A stretch of DNA of 32,000 bases from Pseudomonas aeruginosa (GCF_001457615.1 NZ_LN831024.1:510001-542000), one strand, 5' to 3'; shown: positions 8,539-17,461, counted from the first letter of the stretch. Notes: generated from the letters alone by a model not told the origin. Numbers and translations: made by a program.

Positions 8539-9396
8539 ATGGCCACACTGGAAATACTCGGGGCGGAATGCCGCGCGGGGGGCGCGGTGAACGACGATGC
8601 GCTGGGCTGCACGGCGCAGGCCGCCTGGGTGATCGACGGTGCCACCAGCATCGGTCGCAGCGTGCTGGGCGTGGAAAGCGACGCGCGCTGGCTGGCCCAG
8701 GCGGTGGACCGGCACCTGCGGTTGCTGCTGGAAGTCGAGCCCGAGCAATCCAGCGAGACCCTGCTGCGGCGCCTGCTCAACGATATCCAGGGCGACTTCC
8801 GCGCCCAGAGCGGCCGCGACTGGCACGACCTCGAAGACATGCCGGCGGCCTGCCTGAGCCTGCTGCGGATTCGCGGCGGAGAAATCGAACTGCTCAACAT
8901 CGGCGACAGCCGGATCCTCGTCGAAGGCGCCGACGGCCAGGTACGCAGCTTCGGCGATTCGGCCCTACACGAACTGGATCGGCAATCCCTGGCGCATTTC
9001 TGCCGGATGCGCGAGGAACATCCGCAGTGGGATCACGCCGAACTGTTCAAGGCCAGCCGCCCGCGCGTGCGGCAGAACCGCCTGCTGATGAACAAGCCCG
9101 AGGGCTACTGGGCGCTGGACATCAGCGACCGCTGGCTCGGCCAGGTGCAGCGCGAGACCTTGCCGCTCGCCGCGTTGCGTTCCTTCGTGCTGATGACCGA
9201 CGGCTTCGACCGGCTGGTCGAGCCTTTCCGCCGCTATACCGACGAACAGTTGCTGCGGCGCCTCGAGGACGTCGGAGTGAGCGCCATGCTCGACGAGTTG
9301 CGCGAGATCGAACAGGGCGACGACCAGGCCCTGGCTTTCCCGCGTTTCAAGATCCACGACGACGCCAGCGCGCTGTGGGGTCGGATCGCGGGGTGA
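8539..9396 (+). CDS. PP2C-like serine/threonine phosphatase family protein
   Basis: ATG 8539 preceded by AGGAGG-like RBS; VIDGATSIG, NIGDSRILVE and VLMTDGFDRLV motifs match PP2C-like proteins. Confidence 0.75.
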   Translation: MATLEILGAECRAGGAVNDDALGCTAQAAWVIDGATSIGRSVLGVESDARWLAQAVDRHLRLLLEVEPEQSSETLLRRLLNDIQGDFRAQSGRDWHDLEDMPAACLSLLRIRGGEIELLNIGDSRILVEGADGQVRSFGDSALHELDRQSLAHFCRMREEHPQWDHAELFKASRPRVRQNRLLMNKPEGYWALDISDRWLGQVQRETLPLAALRSFVLMTDGFDRLVEPFRRYTDEQLLRRLEDVGVSAMLDELREIEQGDDQALAFPRFKIHDDASALWGRIAG

Positions 9397-9512
9397 ACGA
9401 TGATCTCCGGCGCCCGGAATGCAGGTCCTCCCCATTGCGCCGGCTGCCGATATCCCGGCCCTCTCCCTCAGGCGGGAGGAGGGCATCCGGTGCCCGGAAG
9501 GTACGTTCTGCG

Positions 9513-9550
9513 GTAGGGCGAATAACCGCGAAGCGGTTATCCGCCGTTAC
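9513..9550. repeat. Palindromic intergenic repeat copy 3 (GTAGGGCGAATAACCGCGAAGCGGTTATCCGCCGTTAC)
   Basis: Inverted repeat; same family as 1034-1067 and 1106-1143; located between convergent genes. Confidence 0.75.
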
Positions 9551-9568
9551 GCACCTGTGACGCGTCGC

Positions 9569-11962
9569 TCACCACTTGTAGCTGACGCTGCCCACCACGC
9601 TGCGCTGGTCGCCGTAGTAGCAGTAGTAGCCGTCGCAGGACGCCAGGTAGTCCTTGTTGAACAGATTGTTGGCATTGACCGCCACGCTGACGCCTTTCAG
9701 GCTGCCGTTCAATTGGCCCAGGTCGTAGCGCACGGCGGCGTCGTACAGGGTGTACGAGCCGGCGTAGCCGTCGTAGGTGTTGGCCTGGTCGCCGTAGGTC
9801 GAGCCTACGTAGCGGGCGCCGGCACCCACGCTGAAACCGTTCAGCGTACCCTCGTGCCAGGTGTAGTCGGCCCATAGCGAGGCCTGGTTGCGCGGCGCCT
9901 GTTGCAGGCGGTTGCCTGCGTACTGGCCTTTTTTCACTTCGGTGTCGGCGTAGCTATAGGCGCCGATCATCTTCAGGTTGTCGGTGACGTTGCTGGTGGC
10001 TTCCAGTTCTATCCCGGAGACCTTCACTTCGCCCGTCTGCGAAGTGACCGGCGTGCCGCCTATGTTCTGCGACACGCTGACGTTCTCCTGGCGCAGGTCA
10101 TAGACCGCGGCGGTGAACAGCGAGTCGGAGCCTACCGGCTGGTACTTCACGCCGATTTCCCATTGCTTGCCTTCGGTCGGCTTCAGCGAACTGGTGCTGT
10201 TCATATCGGCGCCAGTGGTGGGCTGGAACGACTCCGCATAGGAGATATAGGGCGCCACGCCATTGTCGAAGATGTAGCTGAGCGCCGCGTTGCCGCTGAA
10301 CTTCTTGTCGCGGCTGGTATTGGTGGCGTCGCCCTTGTTGTAGAAGGTGGCGCCTGTGTGCACCCAGTCCTCGCGACCGCCGAGGGTCAGGCGCCAGTTG
10401 TCGAGGGCGATCTGGTCCTGGACGTAGAGGCCGGTCTGGTAGGTCTTCTGCTTGTAGTCGTAGAAGGCCGTCGAACGATCCGGTTTGACGATCGGCTGGC
10501 CGTAGATCGGGTTGATGACGTTGCTCGGCGGCGCGCTGCCAAAGATCGATGTGTATTGGTTGTCGGTGCGGTTGTGATCCAGGCCTAGCAGCAGGGTGTG
10601 GCGCAGGGCGCCTGTTTCGAAGTCGGCCTGGAAGTTGTTATCTACTACGAACTGACTGACGTCTTCATCCACCGAGGTGGTGCTGCGTTCCAGTGTGCCG
10701 TCGGCATGAGCTGTGCCCGCTGTAATCCCCTGGAACGACAGGTCGTTGCGCAGGTAGCGCAGGTTCTGGCGGAACTGCCAGACATCGTTGATCCGCCGCT
10801 CGAAGGCGTAGCCCAGCCAGTAGTAGGTGCGGTCGTAGTATTCCCAGTCCGGATCGCCGAGGTTCTTGTGATGGGAAACCTTGCCGAACGGCGCGTCGTA
10901 CTTGGTTCCGCGTAGCGGCAGGAACTGGCTGGTGATGCCGGTATCGTCGCGGTTGAACTGGCCGAGGAAGGTCAGCCTGGTGTCGTCGTCGATGTTCCAG
11001 GTCAGGCTCGGGGCGATGTTGTAGCGCTTGTCGTCGATATGGTCGACCTGGGTGTTGCTGTCGCGCACCACGCCGGAGACGCGATAGAGAAAGCGTCCCT
11101 CGTCGTCGAGCGGGCCGGTGCTGTCGAAGCTGACCTGCTTGTGGTTGTAGTTGCCGACCTCGGCCTTCACCTCGTGACTGGCGACGTTCTGCGGACGCAG
11201 GCTGACCATGTCGAGCATGCCGCCCGGCGGGGTCTGGCCGTAGACCGAGGAGGCCGGGCCGCGCAACAGGGCGACACGCTCCAGGTTCCAGGTTTCCAGT
11301 TTCGGGTTGTTGTAGACGCCGACCGCCATCGGCAGGCCGTCGAGGAACTGGGTCGGCTTGAAGCCGCGCACCTTCAACCAGTCGGAGCGGGTGTCGCTGC
11401 CGAAGCTGCTGGCGACGACGCCGGGCATGTAGCGCACCGCGTCGTCGAGGCTGTGCACGGCGCGGTCGGTCATCTGCTGGCGGGTCGCCACCGAGATCGA
11501 GCGCGGGGTCTCGAGGATCGGCGTATCGGTCTTGGTGCCGGTCATGCTGCGCTTGGCCACGTAGCCGCTGGTCGGCCCCAGTGGGTCTTCCTCGGCGCCG
11601 CTGACCGTCATCGCCTGCAGCGACAGGGTGTCTTCCGGCACCTTGCGCAGGCTGTAGGTGCCGCCGGCATTTTCCACCAGTTCCAGGCCGCTGCCCTTGA
11701 GCGCTTCGCGCAATGCGCCGGGCGCGTCGAAGCGACCTTGCACGGCGTGGGCGCTGCGTCCTTCGGCGAGCGCCGGATCCAGGGTGAGGACCAGGCCGGC
11801 CTGGGCCGCGATGCGGTTCAGGGTGCCTGCCAGCGGCCCGGCGGCGATGCGGTAGTCGCGTACGCTGGCCTGTTCGGCCGGGGCGGCGTGGAGGAACGGT
11901 GCGGGAACGGCGAGGGCGATGGCTAGGGCGAGCAGGCCGGGACGGAACGTCGGGCGGGGCAT
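9569..11962 (-). CDS. fiuA: TonB-dependent siderophore (ferrichrome-type) receptor FiuA with N-terminal signalling domain
   Basis: Signal peptide, secretin/TonB short N-terminal domain (DYRIAAGPLAGTLNRIAAQAGLVLTLD), plug (ETPRSISVATRQQM...DAVRYMPGV), beta-barrel, C-terminal aromatic residue; adjacent FecR/FecI-like genes. Confidence 0.88.
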   Translation of the reverse strand: MPRPTFRPGLLALAIALAVPAPFLHAAPAEQASVRDYRIAAGPLAGTLNRIAAQAGLVLTLDPALAEGRSAHAVQGRFDAPGALREALKGSGLELVENAGGTYSLRKVPEDTLSLQAMTVSGAEEDPLGPTSGYVAKRSMTGTKTDTPILETPRSISVATRQQMTDRAVHSLDDAVRYMPGVVASSFGSDTRSDWLKVRGFKPTQFLDGLPMAVGVYNNPKLETWNLERVALLRGPASSVYGQTPPGGMLDMVSLRPQNVASHEVKAEVGNYNHKQVSFDSTGPLDDEGRFLYRVSGVVRDSNTQVDHIDDKRYNIAPSLTWNIDDDTRLTFLGQFNRDDTGITSQFLPLRGTKYDAPFGKVSHHKNLGDPDWEYYDRTYYWLGYAFERRINDVWQFRQNLRYLRNDLSFQGITAGTAHADGTLERSTTSVDEDVSQFVVDNNFQADFETGALRHTLLLGLDHNRTDNQYTSIFGSAPPSNVINPIYGQPIVKPDRSTAFYDYKQKTYQTGLYVQDQIALDNWRLTLGGREDWVHTGATFYNKGDATNTSRDKKFSGNAALSYIFDNGVAPYISYAESFQPTTGADMNSTSSLKPTEGKQWEIGVKYQPVGSDSLFTAAVYDLRQENVSVSQNIGGTPVTSQTGEVKVSGIELEATSNVTDNLKMIGAYSYADTEVKKGQYAGNRLQQAPRNQASLWADYTWHEGTLNGFSVGAGARYVGSTYGDQANTYDGYAGSYTLYDAAVRYDLGQLNGSLKGVSVAVNANNLFNKDYLASCDGYYCYYGDQRSVVGSVSYKW

Positions 11963-12028
11963 GTGCGGGGCTCCTGGATGGAAACGAGTCTCAATGCCTC
12001 CTTGCCGGACGAGTCGGAAAAAGTGATA

Positions 12029-12058
12029 GGGCCGGCGGGAAAAATTTTTCGCCGGCCC
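12029..12058. other. Strong hairpin (9-bp stem GGGCCGGCG/CGCCGGCCC around A5T5) between fiuR and fiuA
   Basis: GGGCCGGCG-GGAAAAATTTTT-CGCCGGCCC on the + strand; just after the fiuR C-terminal frame. Confidence 0.6.
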
Positions 12059-12065
12059 GTTCGGT

Positions 12066-13036
12066 TCAGCGTGGCACCACTTCGAACCACCAGGCGTTGT
12101 GCCTCACGCTGCGCACCGGCAGGCTCGGCTCCAAAGCCTGAAGGGCGAGGCGGGTGTCCTTCAGCGGGAAACTGCCGGTGACGCGCAGGTCGGCGATGCT
12201 CGGGTCGACCTGCAGCAGCGCCGGCGAATAGCGCCCCAGTTCCGCCACCAGGTCGGCCAGCCGGGCGTTCTCCACCACCAGCATGCCTTGTGCCCAGGCG
12301 CCGGCCAGAGCCGGGCCGCTTCGCTGGCCTGCAGGCCTTGCGGCAGGATCAGCACCTGCTGGCCTTCCTTGATCACACGCTCTTCGCTGAGCGTTTCCGC
12401 GCGCGCGGCCACCGCCGACTGCAACACGGTGAGGCGCGTGCCGGGTTCCTCGCGGCGCACCAGGAAGCGCGTGCCGAGGGCGCGCATGTCGCCATCGGCG
12501 CTGCTGACCACGAAGGGGCGCGGGTCGCCATGGGCGGTTTCCACCAGGATCTCGCCGGCCAGTAGCACGACCTGGCGGCGTTCGCCGTCGAAGCGGACGT
12601 CGATGGCGCTGCGGCTGTTCAGGCGCACATGAGTGGCATCCGGGAGGGTCAGCTCGCGCTGCTCGCCGGTGGCGCTGTAGGCATCGGCCAGCAGGTAGCG
12701 GACCGGGACGTAGCGGTTGGCCACGCCGAGCCCGACGCCTAGCGCCAGCACTAGCCCCAGGGCGCTGCCGCCGAGCCGGCGCAGGCGGCGCTTGAAGCGT
12801 GCGTTGCCGGACAGCAGGGCGTTGCGCGCCGGCCCGTTGGCGGCTCTCGCCAGGTGCCGGTCGAGGCCGCCGAGCTGTTCCCAGGCGCGTTCGTGTTCGG
12901 GATGCGCCGCGTACCAGCGGTGGAAGGCGCGGTGATCGTCGGGATGGGCTTCGCCGGAGTCGAGCAGCAATTGCCAGGCGATGGCTTCGTCGAGCACCCG
13001 CGCGCGTACCGGCGAATGACGATCGTCGGCGCTCAC
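12066..13036 (-). pseudogene. fiuR: FecR-family anti-sigma/transmembrane sensor FiuR, apparently frameshifted near 12306-12312
   Basis: GTG start at 13036 overlapping the fiuI stop; FecR-like protein runs to ...LQASEAAR, then an aberrant sequence to a stop at 12161. The natural C-terminus (ALAGAWAQGMLVVENARLADLVAELGRYSPALLQVDPSIADLRVTGSFPLKDTRLALQALEPSLPVRSVRHNAWWFEVVPR) is in another frame ending at 12066. Span of 971 nt fits one missing base. Confidence 0.75.
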
Positions 13037-13551
13037 CGGGGCTCTCCGTAGAGGGCGATGTAGCACTGGCGCAGACCCTGGGCCAGGTATTGGCGCACGC
13101 GTGGCACCGAGACTCCGAGACGCTCGGCGATCTCCGCGTGGGGCATGCCGTCCAGGCGGCTATAGAGAAACGCGCTACGCGCCTTCAGCGACAGCGTGCC
13201 AAGCAGGCGATCGATCTCGCGGAGGTCCTCGAGAATCAGGTACTGCTCTTCGGCCGAAGGCTGCTCCGCTTCCGGAACCAGCGCCAGTTCGGCGAGATAG
13301 GCCTGCTCAAGGGCGGCGCGGCGGAAGTGGTCGATCATCAGACCGCGCGCCACCTTCGCCAGGAACGCGCGCGGTTCCCGCAGGCCGGGCAGCTCCGGGC
13401 GGCCGAGGAGGCGAACGAAGGTGTCCTGGCTGAGGTCTTCGGCGCGCTGGCGGCAGCCGAGGTTGCGGTTCAGCCAGGCAAGCAGCCAGCCGCGGTGGTC
13501 CCGGTACAGGCTACCCACGAATTCGCTGTTGCTGACGTCACCCGCCGACAC
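13033..13551 (-). CDS. fiuI: FecI-like ECF sigma factor FiuI
   Basis: VSAGDVSNSEFVGSLYRDHRGWLLAWLNRNLGCRQRAEDLSQDTFVRLL...; ECF sigma regions 2 and 4. GTG start at 13551 is likely but not certain. Confidence 0.85.
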   Translation of the reverse strand: MSAGDVSNSEFVGSLYRDHRGWLLAWLNRNLGCRQRAEDLSQDTFVRLLGRPELPGLREPRAFLAKVARGLMIDHFRRAALEQAYLAELALVPEAEQPSAEEQYLILEDLREIDRLLGTLSLKARSAFLYSRLDGMPHAEIAERLGVSVPRVRQYLAQGLRQCYIALYGEPR

Positions 13552-13589
13552 GACCGCTCCCCATCCCGAAACGGGATTGAATGGAAAAA

Positions 13590-13604
13590 CGAGAATTATT
13601 CGCA
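13590..13604 (-). promoter_or_regulatory. Candidate Fur box upstream of fiuI
   Basis: Minus-strand TGCGAAT-A-ATTCTCG matches the 7-1-7 Fur consensus TGATAAT-N-ATTATCA at 10 of 14 positions, about 40 nt upstream of the fiuI start. Confidence 0.5.
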
Positions 13605-13719
13605 AATGATCGCAAAGTGCGACTATCCCTGCAATTGGCGTCCGTCGGGAAGCCACTTGAGTCGTCCCGCTGGTTTGCCGGAGGATCGGTGTTCCCATAA
13701 CAAGAACAGGAGTCTCGCC

Positions 13720-14469
13720 GTGGCCGAACCTTTGCTGATCATCGGTTCCTATCTGTCCCCCTATGTGCGCAAGGTGCTGGTGCTGCTGGAACTGAAAGGC
13801 ATCGCCTACCGCATCGACCCCATCGTGCCGTTCTTCGGCGACGAGGCCTTCGAGCGCCTCAGTCCGTTGCGCCAGATTCCGGTGCTGGTGGACGGTGACT
13901 TCGTCCTCAACGATTCCAGCGTGATCTGCCAGTACCTGGAGGAGCGCTACCCGCAGCCGAGCCTGTATCCCGTCGACATCGGCCAGCGCGCCCAGGCCCG
14001 CTGGCTGGAGGAGTACGCCGATTCGCGGCTGGGCCAGGTGATCATCTGGCAGTTGTTCCACCAGTTGGTGATCAACCGTGGCATCTGGCAGCGCGAACCC
14101 GACCAGGCGATCCTGCAACGCACCTACGACGAAGACCTGCCATCGATCTGCAACTACCTGGAAGGGCGGGTCCCGCCAAGCGGCTGGCTGTGCGGCGAGC
14201 TGTCCATCGCCGATGTCGCCGTCGCCTGCCTGTTCCGCAATGCCCAGTTGGCGCGCTACCAGGTCGACGGCGAGCGCTGGCCGCGCCTGGCGCGCCTGTT
14301 GGCTGACGCTTTCGCCCTGCCGGCCTTCCAGCATCTGGCGCGTTTCGAGAAGGCCACCGCGCAGACCCCGGTCGCCGAACAGCGCCAGGCGCTGCGCGAG
14401 GCCGGCGCGCCGCTCAGCGCGACCAGCCACGCCCGCGAGCGGCCGGTGCGCGGTCCGATGAGCCGCTGA
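13720..14469 (+). CDS. Glutathione S-transferase family protein
   Basis: GTG 13720: VAEPLLIIGSYLSPYVRKVLVLLELKGIAYRIDPIVPFFGDEAF...PVLVDGDFVLNDSSVICQYLEE. Confidence 0.88.
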   Translation: MAEPLLIIGSYLSPYVRKVLVLLELKGIAYRIDPIVPFFGDEAFERLSPLRQIPVLVDGDFVLNDSSVICQYLEERYPQPSLYPVDIGQRAQARWLEEYADSRLGQVIIWQLFHQLVINRGIWQREPDQAILQRTYDEDLPSICNYLEGRVPPSGWLCGELSIADVAVACLFRNAQLARYQVDGERWPRLARLLADAFALPAFQHLARFEKATAQTPVAEQRQALREAGAPLSATSHARERPVRGPMSR

Positions 14470-14570
14470 GAGGGAGTGCGGGCGGCGCCCAGGGCGCCGT
14501 CCTGATGAAGCGCCATTCAGCGCCTCGATAAGACCTTCGCGGCGCTGGTGGATCCAGCGTCCGGGCATAT

Positions 14571-14594
14571 TTTATATAGACCAGTCTATATAAA
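14571..14594. promoter_or_regulatory. Operator-like palindrome TTTATATAGAC-CA-GTCTATATAAA upstream of thioesterase/TetR pair
   Basis: Perfect 11-bp arms with 2-bp spacer, 15 nt upstream of ATG 14609; TetR-type gene is two ORFs downstream. Confidence 0.75.
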
Positions 14595-14608
14595 GCGGAG
14601 GCCGCACC

Positions 14609-15013
14609 GTGATGAACGTCCCCGAAGGGTTCCAGCCGCTGTTCCGCAGCAGTCCGTTGCTCGACCTGCTCGGTCCTTTCTTCTGCCGGCAGGACGCCCA
14701 GCGCCAGTTGGTGGTGGCGCTGCGCATCGACGAAAAGCACTGCAACCACGGTGGCACCGCCCACGGCGGCCTGCTCTCGACCCTGGCCGACGTTGGCCTC
14801 GGCTACGCCATGGCGTTCTCCCGCGAACCGCCGCAGCCGATGGTCACCGTCGGCCTGCGCCTGGACTTCTGCGGGGTCGCGCGGGTCGGCGACTGGCTGG
14901 AGGTGCATACCCGGGTCGACAAGCTCGGCCAGCGCATGGCCTTCGCCTCGGCCCGGCTGCATAGCGGCGAGCGCCTGGTGGCCAGCGCCAGCGGCGTGTT
15001 TCATCTGCCCTGA
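14609..15013 (+). CDS. PaaI-like (hotdog-fold) thioesterase
   Basis: NHGGTAHGGLLSTLADVGLGYAMA hotdog thioesterase motif. Confidence 0.85.
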   Translation: MMNVPEGFQPLFRSSPLLDLLGPFFCRQDAQRQLVVALRIDEKHCNHGGTAHGGLLSTLADVGLGYAMAFSREPPQPMVTVGLRLDFCGVARVGDWLEVHTRVDKLGQRMAFASARLHSGERLVASASGVFHLP

Positions 15014-15062
15014 GGCTCGGGCATGCTTGCCCGGTCGTCTGCCGTGAGTTGGGGAGTCAGGT

Positions 15063-15632
15063 TTGCCGAAGAAGTCCAATGCCGCCGAACGGATCGTCCA
15101 TGCCACCGCCTCGCTGCTGGCCAGCCGCGGGTATTTCGGCACCGGGCTGAGCGACATCATCGCTCGCGCCGAGGCGCCGAAAGGCTCGCTCTATCACTAT
15201 TTCCCCGAGGGCAAGCCGCAGATCGCCAGCGCCGCGATCGGCTTCGTCGCCGACGAGGTGGCGTCCTTCCTCGACCGCGCCGGGACCCAGGCCCCCCATG
15301 CGCGCAACGTCCTCCGCCAGTTCACCGCGACCCTGCGTGGCTGGCTGGAGCATTCGCGTTTCGAAGAGGCCTGCCCGGTGCTTTCCACCAGCCTGAGCAT
15401 CGACGCCGAGCTGGCCCCGGTGCACGCTGAATGCCGCCGGGCGCTCCGCGCCTGGCACGCCAGCATCGAGCGTGCGTTGCGCGCCGACGGACTGGCGGAA
15501 AAGCTCGCCGCCTCGCGTGCCTGGCTGATCCTCGCGGCGCTGGAGGGGGCGGTCGCGGTGGCCCGCGTCGAGCGGTCGTTCCAGGCGCTGGATGCGATCG
15601 AGGAAGAATTGCAGGCGCTACTGCCGGCCTAG
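15063..15632 (+). CDS. TetR-family transcriptional regulator (LmrA/YxaF-like)
   Basis: RIVHATASLLASRGYFGTGLSDIIARAEAPKGSLYHYFPEGKPQIA HTH; TTG start at 15063 with GGGGAG upstream. Confidence 0.88.
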   Translation: MPKKSNAAERIVHATASLLASRGYFGTGLSDIIARAEAPKGSLYHYFPEGKPQIASAAIGFVADEVASFLDRAGTQAPHARNVLRQFTATLRGWLEHSRFEEACPVLSTSLSIDAELAPVHAECRRALRAWHASIERALRADGLAEKLAASRAWLILAALEGAVAVARVERSFQALDAIEEELQALLPA

Positions 15633-15665
15633 GCGGGTGTCGCGCCCAGGCCGGCCAGGTATCCG

Positions 15666-17393
15666 TCAGTGCTGCACGCTGTCCACCGCGATCGCTTCGC
15701 CGGAAACTTCGCGGTAGGCCGTGCGGCGCTTGGCCAGGGCGTAGTGGATCAGGCCGGCCAGGCCGGCGCCGAAGAACCAGGAGAACGGCGATAGCTCGGC
15801 GAATGCCGGCAACAATGCCAGCAGGGTGGAGATGATCGCCGCCGGGACGAACGCGGCGATGGCCCGCGGGTTCACCCCTCCCGCGTAGTGATAGGCGCCG
15901 GCGCGGCTTTCGGTGTACAGCTCCGGCAGGTTCACCCGGCCTTTCCGCACCAGGTAGTAGTCGACCATGATGATCCCGTACAGCGGGCCGAGCAGCGCGC
16001 CGAGGCCGCCGAGGAAGTAGAGGATCACCCCGGGGCTGTTGTACAGGTGCCAGGGCAGGATCAGCACTGCGATGGTCGCGCTGATCAGCCCGGCGCGGCG
16101 GAAGTTCAGCAGGTTCGGCGCCAGGTTGGTGAGTACGTAGGCCGGGGCGACGAAGTTGGCCATGATGTTCACCGCCACGGTGACGATCAGCAGCGCCAGG
16201 CTGGCCAGCACCAGGAAGAGGGTGTCGGGGATCGCGGCGACGATGTCGGTGGGGCTCTGGATGAGCTGGCCGTCGATCCTGAACTGGGCGCCGGCGAGGA
16301 CCACCGCGAACAGGCCGAACAGCAGGATGTTCACCGGCAGCCCCCAGAAGTTGCCGACGCTGATGGTGCGGCGGTCCGGGCAGCCGCGGGCGAAGTCGCA
16401 GAAGTTCAGGATCATGGTGCCGTACAGGGTCACCCAGAACGCCGCGCCGCCGAAGATCTTCAACCACATCTGCGAACCGCTCATGGGTTCGCCGCTGGAC
16501 CAGGCGATGGAGGCGCCGGCGCGCAGGTACATCCAGGCGGCGAGGGCGGCGACGGTGAGCAGGATCACCGGTCCGGCGAAGGATTCGTAGCGACGCACCA
16601 TCTCCATGCCGTACGCGAAGATCAGCAGTTGCACGCACCAGATGGCGACGAAGGTCGCCCAGCCCAGGCTCGACAGGCCGAGGATGGCGTCCTGGTCGTA
16701 GGCTGCGAGCCCCGGCCAGATCGCCGTCAGCAGCACGCGCAGGACGATGGAGGCGAGATAGGTCTGGATGCCGAACCAGGCGATGGCGATCACCGCGCGG
16801 ATCAGCGCGGGGAGTTGCGCGCCGTGGATGCCGAAGGCGATGCGGCACATCACCGGGTAGGGCAGCCCGGTCTTCTGGCCCATGTAGCCGGACAGGTTCA
16901 TCAGCCCGTAGACCATCAGCGCGCCCAGGGCCAGCGCGGCGAGGATCTGCGCGCCGCTCATGCCGAGGGCGAAGAGGCCGATGGCGAAGGAGTAGTTGGC
17001 GATGTTGTGCACGTCGTTGGTCCACAGCGCGAACAGGCTGTAGCGTCCCCAGCGGCGCCCTTCGGCCTTGGTCGGGGCGAGATCGGCGCTGTACAGGCGC
17101 GGGCTCAGCGGCGGCAGTTCGGGGCCGGCGTGATGGCTGGCGCGGGGCAGGCAATCGAGACTGGCGGGAGTGCCCAGGTCCAGGCGCGCCGCCGAGAACT
17201 CCGCTGCGCGCAGCCCGGCGCGTGGCAGGCAGTCGAGACTGGCCGGAGTGCCCAGGTCGAGCAGTGAGGCGGAGAACTCCGCGCTCCGCTGACCGGCGCG
17301 CGGCAGGCTGTCGAGGCTTTCCAGGGTGCCGAGGTCGAGCAGCGAGGGAGAAAACTCGCGGGGCGAGGCGGGCGGCTTCGGGGTGCTGGACAT
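15666..17393 (-). CDS. NCS1-family nucleobase/related cation symporter (permease) with unusual repeated N-terminus
   Basis: SPRLYSADLAPTKAEGRRWGRYSLFALWTNDVHNIANYSFAIGLFALG and ~12 TM helices typical of NCS1 transporters. Confidence 0.88.
   Translation of the reverse strand: MSSTPKPPASPREFSPSLLDLGTLESLDSLPRAGQRSAEFSASLLDLGTPASLDCLPRAGLRAAEFSAARLDLGTPASLDCLPRASHHAGPELPPLSPRLYSADLAPTKAEGRRWGRYSLFALWTNDVHNIANYSFAIGLFALGMSGAQILAALALGALMVYGLMNLSGYMGQKTGLPYPVMCRIAFGIHGAQLPALIRAVIAIAWFGIQTYLASIVLRVLLTAIWPGLAAYDQDAILGLSSLGWATFVAIWCVQLLIFAYGMEMVRRYESFAGPVILLTVAALAAWMYLRAGASIAWSSGEPMSGSQMWLKIFGGAAFWVTLYGTMILNFCDFARGCPDRRTISVGNFWGLPVNILLFGLFAVVLAGAQFRIDGQLIQSPTDIVAAIPDTLFLVLASLALLIVTVAVNIMANFVAPAYVLTNLAPNLLNFRRAGLISATIAVLILPWHLYNSPGVILYFLGGLGALLGPLYGIIMVDYYLVRKGRVNLPELYTESRAGAYHYAGGVNPRAIAAFVPAAIISTLLALLPAFAELSPFSWFFGAGLAGLIHYALAKRRTAYREVSGEAIAVDSVQH
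17124..17357 (-). repeat. In-frame tandem repeat, 3 x 78 bp (26 aa), at permease N-terminus
   Basis: EFSPSLLDLGTLESLDSLPRAGQRSA / EFSASLLDLGTPASLDCLPRAGLRAA / EFSAARLDLGTPASLDCLPRASHHAG. Confidence 0.9.
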
Positions 17394-17451
17394 GGCGGTC
17401 TCCTCCGGCAGTCGGAAGAACTCGGCGCGAGGTCGGGTTCGTCTGTTGTTT

Positions 17452-17461
17452 TTGTATACAA
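17452..17461. promoter_or_regulatory. TTGTATACAA palindrome upstream of NCS1 permease
   Basis: Perfect 10-bp palindrome 59 nt upstream of the permease start; resembles GntR-family half-site pairs. Confidence 0.45.

Noticed and set aside
8289-9560. 423-aa ORF overlapping the PP2C-like gene in another frame
   Set aside because: Arg/Ala/Gly-rich alternate frame of a well-supported CDS.
15322-17154. 610-aa + strand ORF opposite the NCS1 permease
   Set aside because: Arg/Pro/His-rich composition typical of antisense to a GC-rich membrane-protein gene.
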